Shown here piece after piece: positions 1-8,950 of a DNA stretch of 64,000 nt; the first letter of the stretch is position 1; each line of letters begins with the position of its first letter. The notes beneath the pieces were generated by a model, which saw only the letters and a program-made list of their open reading frames with translations, did not search any database and was not told the origin of the DNA. The DNA lies in assembly GCA_964636125.1 (NCBI GenBank), contig CAZWPX010000021.1, positions 14,045 to 78,044 on the forward strand, read 5' to 3'. The position numbers and the translations under genes were made by a program. The DNA is from an uncultured Desulfobacterales bacterium. Its GTDB lineage: Bacteria; Desulfobacterota; Desulfobacteria; Desulfobacterales; CAJINA01.

Positions 1-8
1 GCATTGTT

Positions 9-497
9 ATGGAAGTCAAGCGGAGAGAGCAAGGCGGGCAGTCGGTTAATGCGGCCTGTAAAGAAATGGCGGCTGAGGCGGCGGCTAAATTTCCTGAACT
101 GGCAAGCGAGTTTAAGGCAAAGCGAATCATGCAACGCTACCGCTATCATGCGGGGCTTGAGAATGTTTCCGAAAATCGGAAACCCGAACCGGCCCCGACA
201 CCCACAGCCAAACCACCGGAACCCGGAATAAGATCTGACCCAGAAGTGCGGCCCGAATGGACCCCGCCACTGCAACCAGAGGGGGAACCACCCGAGGTTC
301 AGCTTGCCCCGCCCGAAGTAATGAAGACATGGAACCGGGTTGAAAAGCTGTTGCAATCGGTGGTGGGGCTTATCAGGAATGAGTGCAACTTCGGTTATCA
401 GCTATCAGATACCTTGATGACCAGCATGGATAGTTGGGTAACGATATTAAATGAAAGTTACGAAAGATTACAAGAGGGCCACCCAGGCGAATGTTGA
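9..497 (+). CDS. Hypothetical protein with a Pro/Glu-rich centre (possibly 5'-partial, because the frame is open to the window edge)
   Basis: 162-aa ORF directly upstream of the primase on the same strand. I recognised no motif. Confidence 0.35.
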   Translation: MEVKRREQGGQSVNAACKEMAAEAAAKFPELASEFKAKRIMQRYRYHAGLENVSENRKPEPAPTPTAKPPEPGIRSDPEVRPEWTPPLQPEGEPPEVQLAPPEVMKTWNRVEKLLQSVVGLIRNECNFGYQLSDTLMTSMDSWVTILNESYERLQEGHPGEC

Positions 498-553
498 GCA
501 GACTAATGCCCTGCTGGTGTGGCTGAAGCCCCGGTATGCATAAGGAGATTGCG

Positions 554-1537
554 ATGCCCGATACCACAATCTACAAAAAAGAGGCTATCAGTGCCTACTT
601 TGACGGTGAGTATCAGGACTTTTACGGAAAATACACTGATCTAAAACCCAGTTCAAACGGACGGTCAATGACCTTGTGCCCCTTTCACAGTGACAAGAAT
701 CCGTCCCTGTCCATTAATAACGGCACCGGTCAGTTTAAGTGCTTTGGATGCAATAAATCGGGTGACATCTTCAGTTTCTATGGTGAGGTGCACAACCTGA
801 ACACCAATGGCCACTTTCCTGAAATATTGAAAGGGATAGCAGAGGATTTCGGGATTGCCGGTGACATTGTTATGCCCCGCATAACTGAGAAACCAACCCC
901 AAAAACAAAAATAGTCGAAATTTCCAACTACACTGATGTTAACGGAAATATTCTGCACCAGACGGTTCGCATGGAACCCAAGGACTTCAGGCAAAGGGCT
1001 CCGAATGGTAACGGCAAGTTTATGTGGTCACTGAAAGGGGTTGATACGGTCCTGTACAACCTGCCTGCGGTCATCAAGGCTGATGAGGTGATCGTAGTAG
1101 AAGGGGAAAAGGATGCCGATACCCTGATCGATCTTGGATTCTGTGCGACCACCAATGCGATGGGTGCCGGAAAATGGCAGGACACCTATACACAGGCACT
1201 GGCCGGAAAGCATGTAGTCATGATCAGCGATAACGACAAAGCAGGCAGAGATCGAAATGCCATGCTCTCAGAAAAACTTGCAGGCCAAGTTGGATCTTTA
1301 AAAATCATTGAATTGTATGATTTGCCGGAGCACGGGGACGTAACAGATTTCATTGAAGGGTTCAAATACGAGGAAGATGCCAATGAAAGACTGTGTATTA
1401 TGATTGAAGGGGCAGAAACGTACTCTCCGCCTGAACCAACCGATGAACCAGTGCTGACCAGAATCAGGCTTGTCCATAATGCTGACCTTATAAAAGGTAT
1501 CGAAAAAGCAGACTGGCTTAGAGGGGGGGGCAAATGA
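554..1537 (+). CDS. DNA primase with a CHC2 zinc finger and a Toprim domain (phage/plasmid type)
   Basis: Zinc-finger motif CPFHSDKNPSLSINNGTGQFKCFGCNKSGD. Toprim motif VVEGEKDADTL ... ISDNDKAGRD. The RBS TAAGGAG lies 6 nt before the ATG at 554; the track ORF starts at 536. Confidence 0.85.
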   Translation: MPDTTIYKKEAISAYFDGEYQDFYGKYTDLKPSSNGRSMTLCPFHSDKNPSLSINNGTGQFKCFGCNKSGDIFSFYGEVHNLNTNGHFPEILKGIAEDFGIAGDIVMPRITEKPTPKTKIVEISNYTDVNGNILHQTVRMEPKDFRQRAPNGNGKFMWSLKGVDTVLYNLPAVIKADEVIVVEGEKDADTLIDLGFCATTNAMGAGKWQDTYTQALAGKHVVMISDNDKAGRDRNAMLSEKLAGQVGSLKIIELYDLPEHGDVTDFIEGFKYEEDANERLCIMIEGAETYSPPEPTDEPVLTRIRLVHNADLIKGIEKADWLRGGGK

Positions 1538-1652
1538 CCACCACTATTGGACCTGACCACGGTTTGACCACCGAAATACCACCTTTTTGAGGGATAATTA
1601 CCACGGTTTGACCATGGTCTGACCACCCCAAAAAGTGGTCATTGGGTGGTCA
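1535..1652. repeat. Iteron-like array of the heptamer TGACCAC: 5 direct copies (one is TGACCAT) and 2 inverted copies
   Basis: Direct copies at 1535, 1554, 1565, 1609 (TGACCAT) and 1620. Inverted GTGGTCA at 1635 and 1646. A longer unit, ACCACGGTTTGACCA, occurs twice (about 1556 and about 1600). Confidence 0.7.
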
Positions 1653-1782
1653 TCGGGATTAAATGGAGTGGAATGAATCGTTCCACCTGATCATTTTGAA
1701 CCCCAAAATGCAAACCATCCTAAATAGTAACCGTCTTTTATAGCCGGGGATAACCAAGGACCCTAATCATAAAGGTGACATC

Positions 1783-2208
1783 ATGCCAAATAAAAAAGGC
1801 GCTCCAACAAAACCAGAGCTTGCCCGATTCAAGGTCTTGACTGACATCGGACATTCTCCATATGCAATCTCGAAAATCACCGGCAGGGACGCAAAAACAA
1901 TCCGCAGGTATCTGCTGAGATCCGATCTTTATCAAGACGCCGAAGTTCAAAAAATGATCGCCACAATCAAGGCAGAAGAACTCACGGATCTGACCCTGAT
2001 TGGCCTAAAAGCCCGCCTGCATTTGCACCGGCTATTAGATCGTGGAAAGGTCAGGCCCATTGAGGCAACTGCCATTATGGATCGGTCATTTCAACAGCGC
2101 CGGTTGTTGGAGGGGTCATCTACTAACAATATCAATATTCATGCCCTTATCATGGAAATAAAAAAAGCCCGCAAAAAGGCTGATCCTTGCAAGGCAGAGA
2201 GCGACTGA
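1783..2208 (+). CDS. HTH-domain protein, possibly small-terminase-like or a regulator
   Basis: N-terminal HTH-like stretch SPYAISKITGRDAKTIRRYL followed by long helical segments. Size is 141 aa. The RBS AAAGGTGA precedes the ATG. Confidence 0.55.
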   Translation: MPNKKGAPTKPELARFKVLTDIGHSPYAISKITGRDAKTIRRYLLRSDLYQDAEVQKMIATIKAEELTDLTLIGLKARLHLHRLLDRGKVRPIEATAIMDRSFQQRRLLEGSSTNNINIHALIMEIKKARKKADPCKAESD

Positions 2209-2318
2209 TAGCACTTTTGGGGGTAAGGCATGCCAGATATTACCCCAAAATCTCACAGTACTATGCTCTATATATTCAGTGCCAAACTGCAAAACAAAAA
2301 CCTGAAAAGGAGAAAATC

Positions 2319-2567
2319 ATGAAAGATGCAGTGAAAATTTTGGATTCAATCGTAGCATCACTATCTTCGGCCTACCAGGAAACTAATCAATTTTGGGGTG
2401 TAAAAGGCATTAACGGATCTCCGCTGGAACCACGTTTAACTGATCTGATCAGCAACATTAATGACTGCCGTTATTTTGCATGCGAAAGCCTTGGTGAAGT
2501 ATTGCGGTCAATAGTTGATCAGGGACCACCCATGCAGGCAGTACTGAAGAGAGGTATTAGGGGCTGA
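2319..2567 (+). CDS. Hypothetical protein (82 aa)
   Basis: Internal ATG of track ORF 2187..2567, preceded by AAAAGGAGAAAATC. No motif recognised. Confidence 0.4.
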   Translation: MKDAVKILDSIVASLSSAYQETNQFWGVKGINGSPLEPRLTDLISNINDCRYFACESLGEVLRSIVDQGPPMQAVLKRGIRG

Positions 2568-2922
2568 TCAGCCGATTAGTTACTCCCGTGCTGAAGTCCC
2601 TGATCACGACTTTTGCACGGGTTGAATATAGCGACTGACCAATAACACGAGGAGGCCCCTGTTCTGATGCAGGCAGGGGGGTGCATGAGGGTGATTATGG
2701 CACTCTATGCAGAACTGCTTATCTGAGTAAGCCCAAGTGAAGAAACCTATCAAAATTTGATAAAAACTGAGCTGGTCAAGACGACCGACCCACGATGGCG
2801 AGTATTCGCCGTTATGGGGTGTGTTTTGACATCCGAATCCCAACCGAGTATACCTTGATGTAGTAGTTGGTAACCCACCCCAGCACTCCAGTATTTGAAA
2901 CACCACAAGAAAGGAGACTATC

Positions 2923-3423
2923 ATGGCTCTCGATCCTGCATTAATCGGAGAATGGAAACGTGGAAATAAGAACGACTACCAAAAATTCGAAGCCGATGGT
3001 GCTCACTTTTCAGGTACACACGACACGCCCTACTGGATTGAAAGTGGTGGGTCAGTACTGAACATTAACAATAAGACATTCTACCAGCGGCAGTCTTCCG
3101 AACAGGGTGGTATTGTCGGTCACTGGAGAGATGATCCCAATGGCGAGGACATATATTTCAGAGCAGACGGACGCTCCATCAGTGTATTTGATGATGAGAA
3201 ATGCGTCTACACTGGCACATTCAGCTACACACCAACACACATTTCAGGCTATGCCTATACGTCCGTTGTGGAAACAACTAATGGCGTAATTACCTACCAT
3301 CTACCGTTTCGCCTCCCAGAATCTGCGCCGTACTCAATCTCTGGGGACCAACTTACCATTGGAACAGGGGTCTACACCAAGCTTCCAGAGAGGGGATCTG
3401 CGAAGTGGGACGAGGTTTCATGA
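2923..3423 (+). CDS. Hypothetical protein (166 aa)
   Basis: Strong RBS AAAGGAGACTATC before the ATG. Clean ORF with no recognisable motif. Confidence 0.55.
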   Translation: MALDPALIGEWKRGNKNDYQKFEADGAHFSGTHDTPYWIESGGSVLNINNKTFYQRQSSEQGGIVGHWRDDPNGEDIYFRADGRSISVFDDEKCVYTGTFSYTPTHISGYAYTSVVETTNGVITYHLPFRLPESAPYSISGDQLTIGTGVYTKLPERGSAKWDEVS

Positions 3424-3965
3424 TGGGCCGCAGCGATGTCAGCCATGGCCTGACCACATACCTTGGTGAACCTGAAGGAACCCCTACCATGAATTAAATT
3501 CTGATCCCTGCAAAATCTCCTGAGGACTGGAAGCCCCTACTCGCAGTTCCAGGCAAGCACTGGAAAAGGGAACGATCTGCTACCCGAGTGGGGTTGATCT
3601 GTATCTTGGCTGGGTGAGCGATCACCCAGGCTATGGCCCGACCTATCAGCTCAAATAAAGTCTCCTACCATCTGGGCCTGGGTTGTCAGGATGCCCTTAT
3701 TTCAAATCCAATCTTCTGTGTAGTAAGTAGTACTCTCCTCGATCTTTTGATCTGCTATTTGTGAGTATTGCTTGCAAATCTTGGGAGGCTTTGACTTCCC
3801 TCCCAAGCACCTTGATATGGGGTAGGTTGATGCCCTGCATTCAGGAAATGGTGTACGGGGGGGGCAGGCGAGGGCGTGCTCTGGGTTAGATCAGAAAAGC
3901 CCCCTCTCCAGACCGGCAATAACAACTATCCAGAGAGGGAACTCGGTTTTCACCATTCCATTGTA

Positions 3966-5879
3966 CTATTTCTTCTTATTTTGACCTGGAGGGTTCGAAT
4001 TACCGGGATTGTCTGGCCTGCCGTGGTTATCAGAGTTGCCGGGGCATGCATCAGCAATGGCTTGGTCAACCTCTTCCTGAGTGAACATGGTACTAATAAC
4101 AATATTTAGATTTTCAATAGTTGCATTTAAACTGGCTATCTCATCTTCCTTCTCAGCAATCACGGCATTCAGGTTATTTATGAACTGTTCATTTTGAGCG
4201 ATTGTGGCATTCAGATCATCAATAGTTGCGTTTAGGTCAGCTATTGCCTGCTCTTTTTCAGCGATTAACGCATTCAAATCACCAATGATTTGATCCTTTT
4301 GGACGATAATGGCGTTCAAGTCTGCGATGATCTGATCTTTGTCGGCCAGTTCAGTTTCCAAAGCTGTAATAGTCTGATTCAAACTGTTGATGATTTGATT
4401 GAGGTTTGTTATCTCGGTATCCTTATCGGCTATGATTTGATCTTTCGCAGCTTCAGCCGCTTCAACAGCAGCATCCAACTCTGCTTGAGTGTAATACCCG
4501 GTTAGTGCGCACCCAACAGAATCAACATAGGATGTCGGAGGCGTATCAGAACAAGAATCCCATTGGTCGATAACGCCATCCCTATCGGAATCGATAAGGT
4601 TGCATTCGTTATTGTCCCCACTATATAATAGCTGAATTTCAGCACTGTTCAAAGCACGGTTATAGATACGCAGATCATCTAATGCACCTCTAAACATGAA
4701 ATCACTTCCTTGATCAAAATCGCCGATCAGGAAATCTACTACACTGGATACATCTGTGGGCGCACTTTCTGCCATTGTTCTATCTAATATACCATTAATA
4801 TAAAGGGACAACATATTACTTTCCCTAATAGCAATGATATGAGTCCACTCGTCTATATTGACTGAGCTATTAGAATACATACAGTTTTGTTCACCTGAAC
4901 TACCGAACAAATTTCGGGTACAGAAATTTATCTTTCCACTGGCATGTTGCAAGAAATATCCACTAAAAGCATTTGTTCCTGGCGTGTAAGCTGCATCTTT
5001 GCCTGCTATCTTGTTATTCGAAGAGTTATTGGATTTCATCCACAACGAAAGCGCAAAATCATTCGTTCCAAAATTGAACAGTGGGTCGTCAAGCACTGTA
5101 ATACGACTGGTACTGCCGTCAAAAACTGCTGCCTGACCCTGCTTACCTTCTGTGTATATAAGGTTACCGGACTCCGTGCCGTGAAGTGCATTGTTTCCTG
5201 CATCATAGGCATTACCATCCAGTGGATAGTAGGCCACAAGTCCCCTATCGAGATCAGGTTCAGGTTCTCCTCCTTGGTCTATTGTAAAGGAATTTACCGT
5301 GCTTTCAACCTCAGCGCCCATATCATGGTAGGGGTTGAAATATAGTATTTGGAGCGTTCCGCTTGTGAAGTTTGAAAAATCAATTTCACTGAATGAAAGT
5401 GAGTCATCGCTAATGAAATCAAATATTCCTTTTAGGTTAAGGCGAATATAAGCTTCCTGAGAATTATATGGGTTTGGGATCTGAGCTAAGATATTGATTC
5501 TATCATAGTCGGCATAATAATTATCCCAGACTTTTACATAACTTCTGTAGCGTGTACTCTCGGCTGACTCATAAACCCTTCCTAAAATCTCTGCAACACT
5601 ATAGATACCATCTTCCCCTCCATTCACATAATATTCACCTATGTTGGGCGAGGCGTTGGAATCAACTAAGTCATCATTGAATCTGAAAGTCGCAGAGATC
5701 GTAGTTTCGTTAACAACAATATCATTACTAAAGGCATCCCCATAGCCACTTCTATTCTGGTCAACAGTAATAACAGCCTCTGGTACTTCCAAAACATACT
5801 CATCAGCAATAGCAGGGGTGTAAATGAATAATAGTGCAGCACAAATCAACACAGCAATTGTCAACTTTCCAAATTTCAT
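3966..5879 (-). CDS. Secreted protein with a LamG (Laminin_G_3-like) domain, one TSP3-like Ca-binding repeat and a 135-aa perfect-heptad coiled coil
   Basis: Signal peptide MKFGKLTIAVLICAALLFIYTPAIA. LamG hallmarks LVAYYPLDGNAYD ... LDDLRIYNRALNSAEIQLLY. TSP3-like stretch DSDRDGVIDQWDSCSD. Heptads of the form xLNAxIx (DLNATID DLNATIA QNEQFIN NLNAVIA ...) at 4093-4497. RBS GGGAGGA. Confidence 0.8.
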   Translation of the reverse strand: MKFGKLTIAVLICAALLFIYTPAIADEYVLEVPEAVITVDQNRSGYGDAFSNDIVVNETTISATFRFNDDLVDSNASPNIGEYYVNGGEDGIYSVAEILGRVYESAESTRYRSYVKVWDNYYADYDRINILAQIPNPYNSQEAYIRLNLKGIFDFISDDSLSFSEIDFSNFTSGTLQILYFNPYHDMGAEVESTVNSFTIDQGGEPEPDLDRGLVAYYPLDGNAYDAGNNALHGTESGNLIYTEGKQGQAAVFDGSTSRITVLDDPLFNFGTNDFALSLWMKSNNSSNNKIAGKDAAYTPGTNAFSGYFLQHASGKINFCTRNLFGSSGEQNCMYSNSSVNIDEWTHIIAIRESNMLSLYINGILDRTMAESAPTDVSSVVDFLIGDFDQGSDFMFRGALDDLRIYNRALNSAEIQLLYSGDNNECNLIDSDRDGVIDQWDSCSDTPPTSYVDSVGCALTGYYTQAELDAAVEAAEAAKDQIIADKDTEITNLNQIINSLNQTITALETELADKDQIIADLNAIIVQKDQIIGDLNALIAEKEQAIADLNATIDDLNATIAQNEQFINNLNAVIAEKEDEIASLNATIENLNIVISTMFTQEEVDQAIADACPGNSDNHGRPDNPGNSNPPGQNKKK

Positions 5880-5978
5880 TCCATCCTCCCTTTTGGTAAT
5901 AGCATTCTGGTTACTAAAGCAAGTAATAAGAAGGAGGGCCGTTGCTGACCCTCCATTTTGAAAGTGGAAAAGGCTTGG

Positions 5979-8381
5979 TTACTTTTTCTTTTTAACCGGT
6001 TTGCTCTTTTGGGCTTTCTTACCAACATCAGACTTGGCTGCCTCTGAAACAATGGCACATTTTTCATCCTCAGTAATTATGCCTGCATCAAGAAACGCTT
6101 CTGCTGCATTAGCCACACACGACACATATTTGCCGTGGTTTTTATAATCATCATCGACTGGGCACAACTGGCCTATTGAACAACCCGTTTCATTAACGAT
6201 GTCATCAACTTCGGTAAAATCGCATTCATCCAGATCATTCTCCACACCGTCACCATCAATGTCAGTGTCACAAACATCTCCGAGACCGTCACCATCGAAA
6301 TCAAATTGGTCTGCATTGGCATCAACTGGGCAGTTGTCCTCCAGATCTGTAACCTCATCATCATCATCGTCCTCATCACAGACATCACCAAGCCCATCCT
6401 CGTCAAGGTCTGCTTGATCAGGATTGCTAATGGCTGGGCAATTATCCATGTCGCCACAGAAGTCGTCACCATCGGCATCATTCTCTGCATCATATGGACA
6501 ATCATCGCAATCGTCTCCGAGGCCATCTGAGTCATCATCGGATTGTTCGGGATTATAGACATCCGGACAATTGTCGACATCATCAGAGATACCATCATTA
6601 TCCCTATCAGTTATTGGGCAGTCATCATATAGTTCTTGAATTTCGCTTTCGGAAAGAGCAAAGTTGTAAATGCGAACCTCATCTATGATGCCATCAAAAA
6701 ACTCATCCCATTTACCCGGACTCCCTCCAATCCAGAGATTAGAAATACCTGAGCCTTGTCCTGGCGGGTATCCATAAGAGTATTGCTCACCGTTCAAGTA
6801 GAATTTGACATCGTTTTCTTCATAAACTACCGCAACGTGTTGCCATTCATATATTGCTATTTCCACGTCAGGGAACCAATGTGGGCCACCTGCCCATATA
6901 AGCAATTTACCGTTTTGGAACAACAAAGCCCTTTCATGTGGACTGTTGATGCCATCGTCAGATGATAATATGGCGCTTCTATTCCAAGGATTTGGACTGT
7001 AGATGAGAGATCTCGGCATTATCCAAGCAGACATGGTCATTGTTGGCATTTCAACCGGATTAACGTTCACTGGCGTTGATATGTAATTATCAGTACCATC
7101 GAAACTATAAGCACTGTCTTCATTACTACATTTATCTGCCGTTAGTGTGGCACCATACACATCACCATTATTGCGGAACTCATCATCCTTCCCACTCTCA
7201 TCGTTAGCATTGCCATTGAAGGGATAGTAGGCAACAAGCCCACTATCATATTTATAAATTACAGAATTGATTTCTCTACTGGAGTCATTATCAAGATTTG
7301 CTACTGCAAGATAATGTTGATTATTGATTGTAAAACTCTCCCACTCCATTGCTCCATTTGTTTGTATTGACTGGACTTCGCCGAAAGACGACCCGTCCCA
7401 TTTATAAATTTTGGAGTCGATATTGTAACTCGACCAGTTTGTCAAATTTGCAACTGCGAGATAGGTTTCGTTATTCAACTCAAAACTATTCCAAGCCTGA
7501 GCGCCATTAGTCGGAATTGACTGATACTCAGTGAATGATGTTTCATTCCACTTGTAAATTTTAGATTCGATATTTGGGCTGGAACCATCATGGTAGTTTG
7601 CTACCGCCAAGTACATTTCACCGTCAATTTCAAAACTTTCCCAATCCATTGCTCCAATGGTTGCAATGGGTTGAGGATCAACGAAGGACGATCCATTCCA
7701 TCTGTAGATTTTAGAATCAATTTTGTGGCTACTATTGTCAAAATATTGAGCCACGGCAAGATAGTCTTCCCCGTTAATGGTAAAATGTTCCCAATCCTGC
7801 GCCCCGCTTGTAGGTATAGTCTGGATGGAAACGAAAGACTCTTCATCCCATCTAAAAATCTCAGATTTGACATTATAATTATCGCCACTGCCTACTCCGT
7901 TTGCAACAGCAATATAGGTATTTCCGTCAATCTCGAAACTTTCCCAATCCGCCGCACCACACGTAGGCACGGTCTGAAAATAATTGAAGGTTGTTCCATC
8001 CCACTTGTAAATATAAGAATTTATACAAACCTGATGGGCATCATTCGCTAAATTTGCAACAGCTAAAAAAAAGATCCCGTCAACCTCAAAACTTTCCCAA
8101 TCATTGGCACCAAAAGTTGCAATTTCACTTACTGGATTATCCTTATCAAAACGTCCTGTCATTTCATCCCATTTATAAATAGCTGAATTTAAATTGATAG
8201 TTGATCCAATAGTTCGATTGGCAACAGCGATATATGGAGTTCCATCAATGCTAAAACTTTCCCAGTCCGCAGCACCTTGGGTAGGTATAGCCTGATGTTC
8301 TTTGAATCCAGCATTAGCGCTCATCACAGAAAAAAATATCGCAAAAAAAATAGTTGAAAATAAGACCGCTTTTCGCATCAT
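5979..8381 (-). CDS. Secreted protein with seven EAR/EPTP-like propeller repeats, a LamG domain, a TSP3 repeat array and a Lys-rich tail
   Basis: Signal peptide MMRKAVLFSTIFFAIFFSVMSANA after RBS AGGAGG. Seven repeats of the form GA.DWESF.I.G..Y.AVAN....S.IYKW...F (about 7250-8290). LamG from LVAYYPFNGNAND to VRIYNFALSESEIQELY (about 6630-7245). TSP3-type DxDxDGxxDxxDNCP repeats (about 6170-6630). Confidence 0.8.
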   Translation of the reverse strand: MMRKAVLFSTIFFAIFFSVMSANAGFKEHQAIPTQGAADWESFSIDGTPYIAVANRTIGSTINLNSAIYKWDEMTGRFDKDNPVSEIATFGANDWESFEVDGIFFLAVANLANDAHQVCINSYIYKWDGTTFNYFQTVPTCGAADWESFEIDGNTYIAVANGVGSGDNYNVKSEIFRWDEESFVSIQTIPTSGAQDWEHFTINGEDYLAVAQYFDNSSHKIDSKIYRWNGSSFVDPQPIATIGAMDWESFEIDGEMYLAVANYHDGSSPNIESKIYKWNETSFTEYQSIPTNGAQAWNSFELNNETYLAVANLTNWSSYNIDSKIYKWDGSSFGEVQSIQTNGAMEWESFTINNQHYLAVANLDNDSSREINSVIYKYDSGLVAYYPFNGNANDESGKDDEFRNNGDVYGATLTADKCSNEDSAYSFDGTDNYISTPVNVNPVEMPTMTMSAWIMPRSLIYSPNPWNRSAILSSDDGINSPHERALLFQNGKLLIWAGGPHWFPDVEIAIYEWQHVAVVYEENDVKFYLNGEQYSYGYPPGQGSGISNLWIGGSPGKWDEFFDGIIDEVRIYNFALSESEIQELYDDCPITDRDNDGISDDVDNCPDVYNPEQSDDDSDGLGDDCDDCPYDAENDADGDDFCGDMDNCPAISNPDQADLDEDGLGDVCDEDDDDDEVTDLEDNCPVDANADQFDFDGDGLGDVCDTDIDGDGVENDLDECDFTEVDDIVNETGCSIGQLCPVDDDYKNHGKYVSCVANAAEAFLDAGIITEDEKCAIVSEAAKSDVGKKAQKSKPVKKKK

Positions 8382-8906
8382 GAACCTCCTTTGATTGCTA
8401 GGTGTACTTTTGGGGGAAGCTAACGAATTTAGAGGGATACTTATGTTCAAAATCTCTCACAAATACAATTATTTAAAAATAGAACGCCGTTTCTCATGTT
8501 GAGAAACGAGGCGATAGTTTCTGTTTGTCTTATATATAGTCGGCTTCTTCCAGTTTTCAGGCAGCATGCAGATGCACCTGAACAGATAGAAAACTAAATT
8601 GTATGGAATTGGTAAGTTGGCAGAAATGGTACGCTTAGCCCCAACTGTTATACATTATCGGATTCAGAAATAATTACAAGGACGAAAAAGGGACTAAAAA
8701 AGGCCTATTTAAAATGGTACCTCTTGTCGGCGAGCCTTCATATTGGGGTGGCAATACCCCTCAATTTTTGTGTGAGAATCTGTGTGAGAAAAACTTTTCA
8801 AAATGTGCTAAACAGTGGGAAATCAGCTAAAATTCGAAATTTATATCTACAATAATTACAGAAATATATAGAATTTTGGGAGGTTAGGAAACTCGGTGGT
8901 ACTATC

Positions 8907-8950
8907 TGAAAATCCCCGTGTCGGCAGTTCGATTCTGTCCCTCGGCACCA
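8907..8950 (+). other. 3' fragment of tRNA-Phe(GAA), from the anticodon loop to CCA; an att-site remnant and not a functional tRNA
   Basis: TGAAAATCCCCGTGTCGGCAGTTCGATTCTGTCCCTCGGCACCA is almost colinear with the 3' half of E. coli tRNA-Phe (TGAAAATCCCCGTGTCCTTGGTTCGATTCCGAGTCCGGGCACCA). The T arm is GGCAG/TTCGATT/CTGTC. The upstream DNA lacks both the GGGGA anticodon-stem partner and the acceptor 5' strand. Confidence 0.75.

Larger units (their letters stand above)
1..8950. mobile_element. Right-hand part of a putative tRNA-Phe-integrated genomic island or satellite-like element (left end lies outside the window)
   Basis: Contains a primase, an iteron-like array and a TerS-like HTH protein. 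It is bounded on the right by a 44-nt 3' fragment of tRNA-Phe on the + strand, which acts as an attR-like repeat. The orientation of the fragment places the inserted DNA to its left. The cargo is two secreted LamG proteins. Confidence 0.45.

Noticed and set aside
3902-3939. A possible terminator downstream of the 3966 gene (CCCTCTC ... GAGAGGG)
   Set aside because: The stem is only 7 bp with a loop of about 24 nt, which is too weak to call.
4093-4497. Periodic DNA repeat that might have been a CRISPR-like or noncoding tandem array
   Set aside because: The units are contiguous with no spacers. They are in frame within a long ORF and translate to perfect heptads.
6173-6598. Met/His-rich 141-aa ORF and Ser-rich ORFs overlapping the TSP3 region
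   Set aside because: These are alternative frames of the Asp-codon-rich (GAT/GAC) TSP3 repeat DNA. The TSP3 frame is continuous with the LamG domain.
8875-8950. A full-length tRNA gene ending in CCA at 8950
   Set aside because: Only the 3' 44 nt fit a tRNA. Upstream there is no GGGGA partner for the anticodon-stem strand TCCCC, no sequence fitting G-Y-Y-G-R-G-G to pair with the acceptor strand CCTCGGC, and no D arm.
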